A DNA stretch of 29,686 bases from a virus (taxonomy: Duplodnaviria; Caudoviricetes). A program made the translations under genes and the position numbers. Below the pieces are notes generated by a model. It ran no database searches. It was not told where the DNA came from and saw only the letters and a program-made list of their open reading frames with translations. Of the stretch, positions 17,975 to 26,419 are shown in pieces. The stretch is taken from IMG/VR virus record IMGVR_UViG_3300044512_000064, positions 1-29,686 of that record; one strand, 5' to 3'. Every line of letters begins with the position of its first letter. The stretch's first letter is position 1.

Positions 17975-19752
17975 TTAGTTGGTCTTTCTACTAATCCACC
18001 TTTGTTGAAGCGTAGTTTAATATTTGCTGGATCAATAGTCAAGTTAGAAATGTCTAGGAGTGTACCTTGTACGGTTTCGACAGACTGTTTATAACTCTTA
18101 TCGTCATACACATAATAATTAAGAGGCTTCTTACCCACCTTGACCTGATTACCTAATTCGTTCTTTAGCTGCTTGAGAACCTTTTGATATGCTGCTACAT
18201 AGGTGTTATAGAAAGCAGAACCCTTAGCAACCTTAGAAGCTACTTCGTCTTTAGAAAAACGTTGCTCTGCAAGCTTCTCTACAGGAGGTAATACAATCTC
18301 GTTTACGCCTTTAGACTTAGCATCTGAAATAATAGCTTGCAAAGACATACGAATTGAATCCGAAATACTCTGAATAGGTAGGTCTTTTTTAGTTGTAACT
18401 GCACCAAGATTAGATATATAAGTAACTACACTATTATGTATAGAGTCTGTAAGTGCTCCTATCTGTTCATCTGGAAGATCATCAAACTCTTTACTTAATA
18501 TGTAAAAGGTAACATTTGATGTACTTCCACTATCACCAAAAATAAGGTCTTCAGGAACATCCATATCTTTTACAGCTTTTTTAAATATGTTTTTACGTTC
18601 TTCTTTAGTTAGCTTATTGTTAAGCTGTGTAGGTATAACCACGTCCTCAATATAACTTTTAATCTTATTTATAGGCTTATCCGCAAAGCCACTACCCTCT
18701 TTCTCAATCAAATAAGTTAAATCCTCATAGACATATCCTAACGAAGTATCTAGTTGTGCTCTTGTTTTCTTTTTAAATGTAGGTAAATCTTCTACTACGT
18801 TTTGTAAAGGATCAGACTGTAGCTCTTCAATTAGGATATAGTTACCTTTATCACCATCACGCAAACTATAACGTGTATGAGCTAGGTTAGAAGGACCAAA
18901 ATGTGTAGTGTATCCCAAATCCTCAGAAGCATCTAAGCCCAATTCAGTATAATCCAATTCCTTATCCTGTAAAGAACTTTGACGTTGCATATTACGGTAA
19001 CGAGAACCTTTTTTAACAGCCTTAACTTCTAAAGGTTTTAAAATATCATCAGTTAATAAGCTGTAAGATATGTACTTACCTGTTTCAGGCTGCTTAACAA
19101 TAAGCTCACGTTCAGCTGGATTACCTATTGCTATAACGTCCTCAACATCAATAATCGTTACAGTTTTTTTCTTTTTTGCAAAGGGGTCTGCGTAACCTTC
19201 TATGCGTTGAACAGGTATTTTTTTATTAGGAAAAACATAACTAAGATATCCTTGAATGTCTATTTTATAGGTTTCGTACTCTGGTCCTATACTTAACATT
19301 CTATCCAAAGCTTTAGGATTATTATTGTAAATCCAGTCATCTAAGTCCTGATATATTTTGTCATCTGCTTCTTTATTTAAGTAACTAAACTCTCTAAGAA
19401 TCATATTTGTAGGTTCTTTTTGCTCAATACTATACAGAACATCTCTTGTATATTTAGCGTCAGGCTCTAGTCCTAACCCACGATACTCCATCTCAGCTTG
19501 TGTGACTTTAGGTGCACGTTTACGTACAAACGCTTCGATGTTCTCACCACGTGTACCCTCTTTACCGATAGGCGCTTCGTCAATAGCACTCTCTAGTGGG
19601 CTATAGAATCGTGCCACTGTAGGGTCACTAGGATCAGCTACATCCGTCAGTACCTCTTCTGTTTGTTTAAACATAGGGTTGTACTTGGGGTTGTCAGTGA
19701 TGCCAAGCGATGCGCTTAGCTGCTTAGCTAGCATACGAGAGATACCTGACAT
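17971..19752 (-). CDS. Mosaic, probably virion-packaged protein (FYSPLE and HTRY...LIEELQSD motifs)
   Basis: 593 aa, start overlaps the portal stop (TAATG). Motifs recalled from large injected phage proteins. Ends FNKGGLV. Confidence 0.55.
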   Translation of the reverse strand: MSGISRMLAKQLSASLGITDNPKYNPMFKQTEEVLTDVADPSDPTVARFYSPLESAIDEAPIGKEGTRGENIEAFVRKRAPKVTQAEMEYRGLGLEPDAKYTRDVLYSIEQKEPTNMILREFSYLNKEADDKIYQDLDDWIYNNNPKALDRMLSIGPEYETYKIDIQGYLSYVFPNKKIPVQRIEGYADPFAKKKKTVTIIDVEDVIAIGNPAERELIVKQPETGKYISYSLLTDDILKPLEVKAVKKGSRYRNMQRQSSLQDKELDYTELGLDASEDLGYTTHFGPSNLAHTRYSLRDGDKGNYILIEELQSDPLQNVVEDLPTFKKKTRAQLDTSLGYVYEDLTYLIEKEGSGFADKPINKIKSYIEDVVIPTQLNNKLTKEERKNIFKKAVKDMDVPEDLIFGDSGSTSNVTFYILSKEFDDLPDEQIGALTDSIHNSVVTYISNLGAVTTKKDLPIQSISDSIRMSLQAIISDAKSKGVNEIVLPPVEKLAEQRFSKDEVASKVAKGSAFYNTYVAAYQKVLKQLKNELGNQVKVGKKPLNYYVYDDKSYKQSVETVQGTLLDISNLTIDPANIKLRFNKGGLVERPTK

Positions 19753-21869
19753 TAGCCTACGTTCCCACTAAATCCTTGTTCGCCTGGTTGTGGTGCTGTA
19801 CCTGTACCCATCTGCGCTCCACCTGAGCCAGTTGTGTCTTGTACGTTAGCACCTGCTGGAGCTTGACCTTCTGGGCCTGGGGCTGGTCCTGGCTGCGCTG
19901 GGGGTTGCTGTGGTGCGAACTTCTTAAACAGTTCAGCTTGGATAGCTGCGTCTTGCATAGAGTTAGTAACCTTGTCTGGGTCTAAGTCCATACTCTTAGC
20001 AATCTCACGAATGATGTAATCCATCTTAGCGAAAGGTGCAAGCATTGGGTTAGACGCTACCTGTAGGAACTGCATCAAACGCTGGGAGCGTACCTCGTTA
20101 GACATCAAGCTCTCTGTACCTGATGCTTTAACTTCTAAGTCACCCTTGATTGACTCATCAAAGTCAAACTGCATATTGAAGCTAAAGAATGCTTTACCTA
20201 GAGGTCCAAGCAAGTAGTCGTCTACATTCTTAACTACTGAACGGATAGAGCCGTTGGCAGCAGACATAAGCATAGAAATACCAGAGGCAGTCCGACCAAC
20301 GCCGCTGACTCCAGTTTGTCCGTGAGCGAACGAAGGAAAGCCAGTACTTTCATCAGCTAAGACCCTAGCTTTGTCAAAGAGTTGCATATTCTCTTGAGCA
20401 ACGTTGGGGAACTTGGTGCCGAAGATGGCCTGTCCAGGTGCACCACCTTGTCGCCTAAACACCTTCCCTGGGTACACTGACATATCTTGTCCTGGCACCA
20501 GGTTGGTTTCGTCAAGCTCAATGATAAGGTTTCCAGATAAAGCAGCATTGTCGATTGCCATCCTCATAAAGCCATTCATCAAAGTCTGAGTATCGTCCAT
20601 ATTCTCAGCGATACCTACACCAAAGAATGAGTAAGGGTTATGTTCGTAAGGTGTTGCGTAGTAAGGGATACGTGCTGGTTTGAATGGGTTTAGTACCATA
20701 CGTAGTACTTCACCGTTACAAATCCAGATGTTACAGCTAACTTCAACTAAGTCTTTAAACTCACGTGGAATCTTTACACCATTCTCTTCTAGGATGTCTG
20801 TATCTACAAAACCCCAGAACTCTAGCACTTCCCAGCGCTCTGACTCAGACAGTGTGTCGTCGTCTTCCATCTTCATTTCCCAGTGCTTACGTACATAGTC
20901 TGGGCTTTGAGCGATAGCTGTTTCGATAGCTTCGTCACGGAAATAAGGACGACCTTTTAAGCTACGTAGTTGGTTACGTGACATCTTGTGACGTTCAACT
21001 ACATACTCTGCATCATCCATAGATGTAGCTTCAGGGTCAGGATAGAAGTTCCACACTGATACGTTACCACACTCAGGAACAGTTTTAATTAGTGGTTCAT
21101 ACTCACCGTTCTCATTCCAGTTGGGGTACTCTTTGTCTACAGCGAATGGTCCTTTCATTACGCCTGTACCAAGTAGTGCCATCTCGAAAGCCATAGAGCG
21201 TAGATGCTTAGATGCACCACTCTCTTGTAGCTGATCGTGAATCTTCTTTTCCATCTTCTTAGCTGCAACAAGCGCTGGGTGGAAAGACACTGTAGTTGGC
21301 GTAGTACCGTCACCTTCAATAACTTTGTCAGCTACTGGAGCTAGCTTGTTACGCATACCAGCTAGACGTTCCTGAAGATCAATGATTGTCTCACCTGGAC
21401 GTAACTTGCCGTCATCACCTAGAAGAGGTGTAGGGGCTGCTGTTTGCTCTGTTACTTGACGGCCCTCTTCACCTGCTTGCTCAGCATTAGGATCGACATT
21501 GATATGTACAGCGTCTGCAACGCCATCAGGAAGCACGGTAGGGTCTACCGAGAGGGGGAACTTGTTATTACCAAACAATACGTCTACAATCTGCCCATAC
21601 GCAGCGAGAGTCTTTGTTTTAGTAACCTTAACAAATACACGAGACTTCTCTGTGTCTGTGAACTGTACGTCTGGACCATACAAGCCACGATAGTTACGAT
21701 AGGCACGTAGCCAACGCTCTTCGTCTACTTGTCGTGCGTCCTCTGCACGTTTATAACGCTCGTTAACGTAAGTTACTACACTACTGACAGACTCGAAGAG
21801 TTTATCGCTACCGTCCTCTGCAGCTACTACTTCATCTGTGTCAAAGTTTAGATCATCAATGTCTGCCAT
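19752..21869 (-). CDS. Portal protein (P22-like)
   Basis: 705 aa directly after terL. ALLGTGVMKGP, VWNFYPDP, VLEFWG, PYSFFGVGIAE, RTASGISMLM motifs. Disordered P/Q/G-rich tail. Confidence 0.92.
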   Translation of the reverse strand: MADIDDLNFDTDEVVAAEDGSDKLFESVSSVVTYVNERYKRAEDARQVDEERWLRAYRNYRGLYGPDVQFTDTEKSRVFVKVTKTKTLAAYGQIVDVLFGNNKFPLSVDPTVLPDGVADAVHINVDPNAEQAGEEGRQVTEQTAAPTPLLGDDGKLRPGETIIDLQERLAGMRNKLAPVADKVIEGDGTTPTTVSFHPALVAAKKMEKKIHDQLQESGASKHLRSMAFEMALLGTGVMKGPFAVDKEYPNWNENGEYEPLIKTVPECGNVSVWNFYPDPEATSMDDAEYVVERHKMSRNQLRSLKGRPYFRDEAIETAIAQSPDYVRKHWEMKMEDDDTLSESERWEVLEFWGFVDTDILEENGVKIPREFKDLVEVSCNIWICNGEVLRMVLNPFKPARIPYYATPYEHNPYSFFGVGIAENMDDTQTLMNGFMRMAIDNAALSGNLIIELDETNLVPGQDMSVYPGKVFRRQGGAPGQAIFGTKFPNVAQENMQLFDKARVLADESTGFPSFAHGQTGVSGVGRTASGISMLMSAANGSIRSVVKNVDDYLLGPLGKAFFSFNMQFDFDESIKGDLEVKASGTESLMSNEVRSQRLMQFLQVASNPMLAPFAKMDYIIREIAKSMDLDPDKVTNSMQDAAIQAELFKKFAPQQPPAQPGPAPGPEGQAPAGANVQDTTGSGGAQMGTGTAPQPGEQGFSGNVG

Positions 21870-21872
21870 ATT

Positions 21873-23459
21873 TTAGTACCCGAATGTTGAGTCTGAAGCT
21901 TGGAACCCTGTTCGTTGATTCTTTGCTGGGTTATAGTCCCATATAGAACTGCGTGGTCTTGTCATTATACCATAACGTAACGCATCATACAAGTGGTCTT
22001 CTGCATTTGTATCCACATCTTCTGGATTCTTTTTGTCCAGAGGTATAGACGGTAGTTGCGAAATCATATTGGTACAGGAAGAAAAGAATACGAGTCTTGG
22101 CTCCTCAGTAAACTCATCTACCTGTAATCGACGGTGTATCTCATTCTTTCCTGAAACACGAGAGCCTTTAGAGCGATCTGAAGGACGCCATCGGCAACCT
22201 TTCATATTCATCTGCTCAGCCAAGGAAGGACCAGTATCACCTCGGTTATGCCACAAAGAAGAGTCCAACACGCCGTACCTGATAGTACCATCGTCAGCCT
22301 CCTCTCTAAGGATCATATCTGCTAGATCAGAAGCTGTAACTTTAGAACAATATAATTCCCTGTAGACAACCAACTGTTCACTTGGTGTGACAGCGATCCA
22401 GACAACTCCAGTGAAGGAACCGTAACCATAGTCGCAAGCTCTAAACTTAGTCCACGACTGAGGGATATCGTATGGCTCCACCACGTGTATGCGTCTGTTA
22501 AACTCAGGGAATGCTGCTCCTTCGTTAATATCCCAGTTGCCCTCAAGAAGTTGTTTTCTTTGATGCTCAGGTAGTGATAGAAGCATTGCTTCGTAGTCAC
22601 CTGTGTCAGCTAGATAAGGGTTATCAAATAGGCTAGCTGGGATAAATCTGCGTTTAAATAGTGGCTCTCCTGATCGGCTGTGGCCTTTAGGAAAGGTTAG
22701 TGTTTCACCTGTTTCTATATCTGTAGCCCAGAAAGAACTATTAGCAGGCGCTGGGTCAATGAACATTTTCTTAACCCAAGAGTGTCCTGGTCCACCAGGG
22801 TTTGTTGTAGCCCTCATATATAACCCTAGTTCTGTAGAGCTAGTACGTAGACGTGAGCGCATATAGTTCCACGCATACGGAGAGTTCCACTGAGTAAGCT
22901 CGTCAAAAGCTACGTAGTTAAACGCCTGACCTTGGTAGCGCATAACGTCTGTGTCTTTGTCGAGGTAGGACATCCAAAGTCGTCCTCCTCTGGGAGTAGT
23001 CCATTGAGACTTACGTTCGCTCCATCGAATCCCAGGAATAGCTTTAGGATATAGTTCTTGGCTTTTCTGTATAAGTTCACGAAGTTCTTCCGTTGTATGT
23101 CGAACAAGTAGACCACTAAAGTCTGGGTTGTTCATATCACGTAGAGGGTCCGCTAAAGTTGCATAAGACTTACCACCTCCAGCTGCCCCACCATATAGTA
23201 CTTCACGTTCACTAGATGCTAGATATTGTGTCTGTGGTCCTGGGTTAGGCTTAAAGACTACCTCTTGTGCAGCTATTGGATCAAACTCAGCAGGTTTAAC
23301 TTCAGCTGGTTTCAAGTTCTGCGTCTGAGTCTTCGTCGGCGTAGGTGTAGTAACCGAGTCTTTCTTTTTCGAGTATCTCGTACTGCTTAAGCGCTTTTTC
23401 GTACCTTTCGGTAAGCTTGCGTTTAATTGCAGCAAGTGATTTACGTTTTCTTTCGACAT
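21873..23459 (-). CDS. terL: Terminase large subunit (start uncertain; TTG at 23315 is an alternative)
   Basis: Walker A YGGAAGGGKS, Walker B YVAFDE, motif III ATTNPG, RNase H-like nuclease DYGYG...DHLYDALRY. Confidence 0.95.
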   Translation of the reverse strand: MSKENVNHLLQLNASLPKGTKKRLSSTRYSKKKDSVTTPTPTKTQTQNLKPAEVKPAEFDPIAAQEVVFKPNPGPQTQYLASSEREVLYGGAAGGGKSYATLADPLRDMNNPDFSGLLVRHTTEELRELIQKSQELYPKAIPGIRWSERKSQWTTPRGGRLWMSYLDKDTDVMRYQGQAFNYVAFDELTQWNSPYAWNYMRSRLRTSSTELGLYMRATTNPGGPGHSWVKKMFIDPAPANSSFWATDIETGETLTFPKGHSRSGEPLFKRRFIPASLFDNPYLADTGDYEAMLLSLPEHQRKQLLEGNWDINEGAAFPEFNRRIHVVEPYDIPQSWTKFRACDYGYGSFTGVVWIAVTPSEQLVVYRELYCSKVTASDLADMILREEADDGTIRYGVLDSSLWHNRGDTGPSLAEQMNMKGCRWRPSDRSKGSRVSGKNEIHRRLQVDEFTEEPRLVFFSSCTNMISQLPSIPLDKKNPEDVDTNAEDHLYDALRYGIMTRPRSSIWDYNPAKNQRTGFQASDSTFGY

Positions 23460-23754
23460 CTATACGCTTTCTTAACCCTGAGTGCGATATACGACGACCT
23501 GACTGTGTAGACAACCAAGCAGCTACTTCTCTATAACTATACTGCTTTAAGTGCTTCTTTGCAAGCTCTAATAGTTCTAATTCTTTAGAAATAGGTGTTA
23601 GCCAATCATCGTCGTCTGGATCAATCTCGTACCCGAAAGGTATCTGATGTGTTAGTCGTGGGATTCGCTCCCATCTTTTTACTTTGAAGTCAGGCTTAGG
23701 TAACATCCAGTAGCCTAAGCTCTCACGTTCTTTTTGTTTAGTTATCCGTATCAT
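23302..23754 (-). CDS. HTH / recombinase-DNA-binding-domain-like protein
   Basis: IPFGY...SYREVAAWLS...GRRISHSGLRKRI resembles the DNA-binding domain of serine recombinases. No catalytic domain is present. Basic coiled-coil tail. Confidence 0.6.
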   Translation of the reverse strand: MIRITKQKERESLGYWMLPKPDFKVKRWERIPRLTHQIPFGYEIDPDDDDWLTPISKELELLELAKKHLKQYSYREVAAWLSTQSGRRISHSGLRKRIDVERKRKSLAAIKRKLTERYEKALKQYEILEKERLGYYTYADEDSDAELETS

Positions 23755-24112
23755 CGCTATCTTTAGGGGGCAGAATAAACAAACCGCCTGATGCCTGAAC
23801 TTCCATACGCTCTGTCTTTACGACACCAGCACGGTCAAGGATTTCTTTAGCTGCTTGCATCTTTTCTTTTACGCCTAGCTCTGTAGGATCAACAAGAGCT
23901 TGACCGAATGCTACAGCTGCTTTAGGTCCAATACGAGACATATACGTTTTAGTACCTTCAAATATCTCATCTTTCAGCGCATCTACAATAAGACGTGTAG
24001 GGGTGTTATCGCTGTAACCAGCAAGCTTCTTAGCTTTAACTACGTCACCACCAGCCTCATCGAACAGTACTTCGAGAAACTTTTGTTGATTTTCTGTTAG
24101 ATTTTTTGCCAT
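23738..24112 (-). CDS. Terminase small subunit-like protein
   Basis: LTENQQKFL...AKKLAGYS HTH pattern and AAKEILDRAG oligomerisation motif typical of TerS. Lies upstream of terL. Confidence 0.75.
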   Translation of the reverse strand: MAKNLTENQQKFLEVLFDEAGGDVVKAKKLAGYSDNTPTRLIVDALKDEIFEGTKTYMSRIGPKAAVAFGQALVDPTELGVKEKMQAAKEILDRAGVVKTERMEVQASGGLFILPPKDSDDTDN

Positions 24113-24215
24113 TAGCTTTCCTGTCGATATTCTCAGCTATTCTTTTGTAAGTGGTAATGATGAGTATATTACCATCCTTGTCAAAGGCGCAGTACTTATT
24201 GCCTTGTTTACTTAT
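24057..24215 (-). CDS. Possible small hypothetical protein (non-canonical ATA start or decayed start)
   Basis: Fills the gap between 24212 and 24112. The sequence GNKYCAFDKDGNILIITTYKRIAE looks protein-like. The only coupled start is ATA overlapping the upstream TAA. Confidence 0.4.
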   Translation of the reverse strand: MSKQGNKYCAFDKDGNILIITTYKRIAENIDRKANGKKSNRKSTKVSRSTVR

Positions 24216-24667
24216 GCCACCAGATAAAGTACGAATCCCAATACACCAAACCCTACTAATAAAAGAAGACCTGATACAGTCCAAGTTATGATAGCTTCCT
24301 GTAGTTCAGCCTTACGATACTCGTGTTCTTTCTTTTGCTTTCGTATCTTAGCTTCAATAGCTACAAGCTCATCCCAAGCTGATGGCCCCATCGTGAAACT
24401 TATATAGTCCTTTAGCTCTTTTCGCATAGACTCAGCTTTACGCTTAGCTGCAAAAACTTCCATCGCCTCAGACTCTATAGAGCCACCAATAGACTTCCAC
24501 CAAGGAGGGTTCTTAACTTGCTTCTCAGCTTGCCCTAAGTCAGCCATATGACCAGCCCACTTGTTTAGTTGGCTACCCATATCTTGTAAGTCCTTGCCTA
24601 TAGCAAAGCCTTTCTTAAGGGCGTTAAAGGCGACAGTGGCCCCACTTATGATTGTAACTGGGTCCAT
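24212..24667 (-). CDS. Hypothetical membrane-anchored coiled-coil protein
   Basis: RBS GAGGAGG, MDPVT...AF..LKKG N-terminus, single C-terminal TM helix. Confidence 0.75.
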   Translation of the reverse strand: MDPVTIISGATVAFNALKKGFAIGKDLQDMGSQLNKWAGHMADLGQAEKQVKNPPWWKSIGGSIESEAMEVFAAKRKAESMRKELKDYISFTMGPSAWDELVAIEAKIRKQKKEHEYRKAELQEAIITWTVSGLLLLVGFGVLGFVLYLVA

Positions 24668-24691
24668 ACTGCCTCCTCAAACAAGTATAGA

Positions 24692-24904
24692 TCATTCTTT
24701 ACCTTCTCTTACGATACGCTTGATGTCACCACGTCCAATGCCAATATCGTTTAACTCACGATCTGACATACGCCATAGGTGCATCTCTGCAATACGTGCA
24801 TTAGCTTGACGCTGACGTGCTTCAATCATTGCGTTATACACTTTGACCAGCCAAGCTTTAAAATTAGTGGCCCACTTTGATGATTCAGAAATTACTAGTT
24901 CCAT
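24692..24904 (-). CDS. DUF1127 (YjiS-like) small protein
   Basis: R-rich helix followed by L..MSDRELNDIGIGRGDI, the DUF1127 signature. RBS TAAGGAG. Confidence 0.88.
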   Translation of the reverse strand: MELVISESSKWATNFKAWLVKVYNAMIEARQRQANARIAEMHLWRMSDRELNDIGIGRGDIKRIVREGKE

Positions 24905-24935
24905 TATATGTACTCCTTATGTTAACGGAAACATA

Positions 24936-24994
24936 TATAGTTATACTAGAATACTGGGCCTTTTAAAATAGCTTATTTGGAATACCCGCTATGC
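24936..24994 (-). promoter_or_regulatory. Putative internal promoter/operator region of the DUF1127 gene
   Basis: TATAACTATA at 24945-24936 and imperfect palindrome GCATAGCGGGTATTC at 24994-24980. No TTGACA. Confidence 0.45.
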
Positions 24995-24995
24995 G

Positions 24996-25355
24996 CTAGC
25001 CGACAGGGATAAATGTTTCTACTACAGTGACAATACTATCAATATGCCCTGCTGAAACAGGTGTAACTTGAATCTTGTCACCAGGCTCAAGAACAAGCTC
25101 CATACCTTGAAATTCTATAAAGTCACCAGCGTTTAAGCTTTTACCTTCTACAAAACCTGATGCATAACTGTCAGAAGAGTCATACCACTTAATACTAATA
25201 CTGTTAGTAGATGCACCAGAGTTATTTACAATAATATAAACAACTTCTGCACTACAGTTAGCAGGACAAGTATATACATCTTCTGTTGTAGTACTAGTGT
25301 TGTGGCCCCACACAGAACGTTTACGTGATGGTTTACCCTGCGTAACTAATGTCAT
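24996..25355 (-). CDS. Small beta-sandwich, probably virion structural protein
   Basis: VYTCP.N..A.V..I..NN.G...LVLEPGDKIQV pattern of alternating beta strands. Confidence 0.6.
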   Translation of the reverse strand: MTLVTQGKPSRKRSVWGHNTSTTTEDVYTCPANCSAEVVYIIVNNSGASTNSISIKWYDSSDSYASGFVEGKSLNAGDFIEFQGMELVLEPGDKIQVTPVSAGHIDSIVTVVETFIPVG

Positions 25356-25357
25356 TA

Positions 25358-25726
25358 TTACTTCTTCTTCTTACTTTTAACTACGTAAGCTTCATTCACA
25401 TCAGGTGTAGAGGGATCATCAGCGATGAAATGTCCATTCTCATCACGTGCACGTACAATCTCAAGATCATCTGACTTCACTGCCTTTGCTTTAGGTGTTA
25501 CTTTCTTAACTACCTTCTTAACTGCAGCTTTAGCTTTAGTAGCTAAACTCATCTCAGCTTCTTGACAGATAGCATTTACATTAGGGTCTTTACTTTGTAC
25601 GTTACCGTAGTTGTCCTCACCTGCAGATTGATTACCCATAGAGTCCCACACGTAGCCGTGCTCATCTACACGATAACCTTTAGCTTCTAGTGCGTCTTTA
25701 TATTTATGGTAATACTTCTGTGCCAT
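25358..25726 (-). CDS. Hypothetical protein with K/A-rich linker and RAR...G.FIADDPSTPDVNEA motif
   Basis: Coupled ORF (TAATG overlap) with a histone-like AKAKAAVKKVVKK segment. Confidence 0.7.
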   Translation of the reverse strand: MAQKYYHKYKDALEAKGYRVDEHGYVWDSMGNQSAGEDNYGNVQSKDPNVNAICQEAEMSLATKAKAAVKKVVKKVTPKAKAVKSDDLEIVRARDENGHFIADDPSTPDVNEAYVVKSKKKK

Positions 25727-25953
25727 TACGAACTCTTCTTCATCATTGGACGCTCAGGTGGGTTAGACGCACCACAAGCTAGACCTCCGTCTTTGTAGCC
25801 CTTACGCTTCTTAGCCATACCGCCACCATACATACCCATAGCCATATAGTCTTTCTTCTTAGAAGACATACCACCATAGTTATAGCCCATCTTTTTAGCT
25901 ACTTCAGGTGCTTCTTTCTTTAAAGCTTTCATACCTTCGTTCATCTTTTTCAT
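25726..25953 (-). CDS. Small K/M/G-rich protein with three xxxGG motifs
   Basis: ATGA-coupled ORF containing YNYGG, MYGGG and YKDGG. Confidence 0.7.
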   Translation of the reverse strand: MKKMNEGMKALKKEAPEVAKKMGYNYGGMSSKKKDYMAMGMYGGGMAKKRKGYKDGGLACGASNPPERPMMKKSS

Positions 25954-26135
25954 TTTTTACCTCTTTGTGACCTTGCTTTTTTCTTAGCTGTATCAGATAA
26001 ATCACCATAATGATACAAACGTTTTGATGTCTTACTCATAGTTTTACCAGTCATAAGCTTACCATCAGGGTGTTTATGATAAGAACCACTATATACTGTA
26101 CCATCTTTCAGATAATGTTTCACTCCTGCGCCCAT
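25950..26135 (-). CDS. Small basic His-containing hypothetical protein
   Basis: Start reassigned to ATG 26135 (TAATG overlap with upstream stop): MGAGVKHYLKDG...YHKHPDGKLMTG. Confidence 0.7.
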   Translation of the reverse strand: MGAGVKHYLKDGTVYSGSYHKHPDGKLMTGKTMSKTSKRLYHYGDLSDTAKKKARSQRGKK

Positions 26136-26419
26136 TATGTAGACCTTTTTCTTCCTGATGCTGTTGTTGACCAATTAACTTTAGATGGTCCTGTCTTTTT
26201 CTGTGCCTCTTTTTTGGATATTTTTGAGGCAACTTTCTTCGGCCTACACGCTGGGTACGGTCTATTTGAGTCACTGGCTGAACTACGCCCACATTCTTTA
26301 CCTGTCTTAACGTCTGTCCATTCTTCACCAAACCACTTACCTAAGCCTCCTTTAGAAAAACTCCTACGCTGACTTTGTAATACGTGCTGGCTACGTGACC
26401 TTGTTCTTGGTTGTGCCAC
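26135..26419 (-). CDS. DUF5872-like protein, C-terminal-half type (GLxKWFxEEW...YPACRP)
   Basis: Start reassigned to GTG 26419, which lies 8 nt after GGAGG. Motif recognition from memory. Confidence 0.65.
   Translation of the reverse strand: MAQPRTRSRSQHVLQSQRRSFSKGGLGKWFGEEWTDVKTGKECGRSSASDSNRPYPACRPKKVASKISKKEAQKKTGPSKVNWSTTASGRKRST

Noticed and set aside
23302-23754. Serine recombinase/integrase suggesting lysogeny
   Set aside because: Only a DNA-binding-like domain is present. No catalytic YxRxS domain and no att context.
26089-26331. 80-aa alternative-frame minus ORF
   Set aside because: Overlaps two better-supported coupled genes and has no recognisable features.
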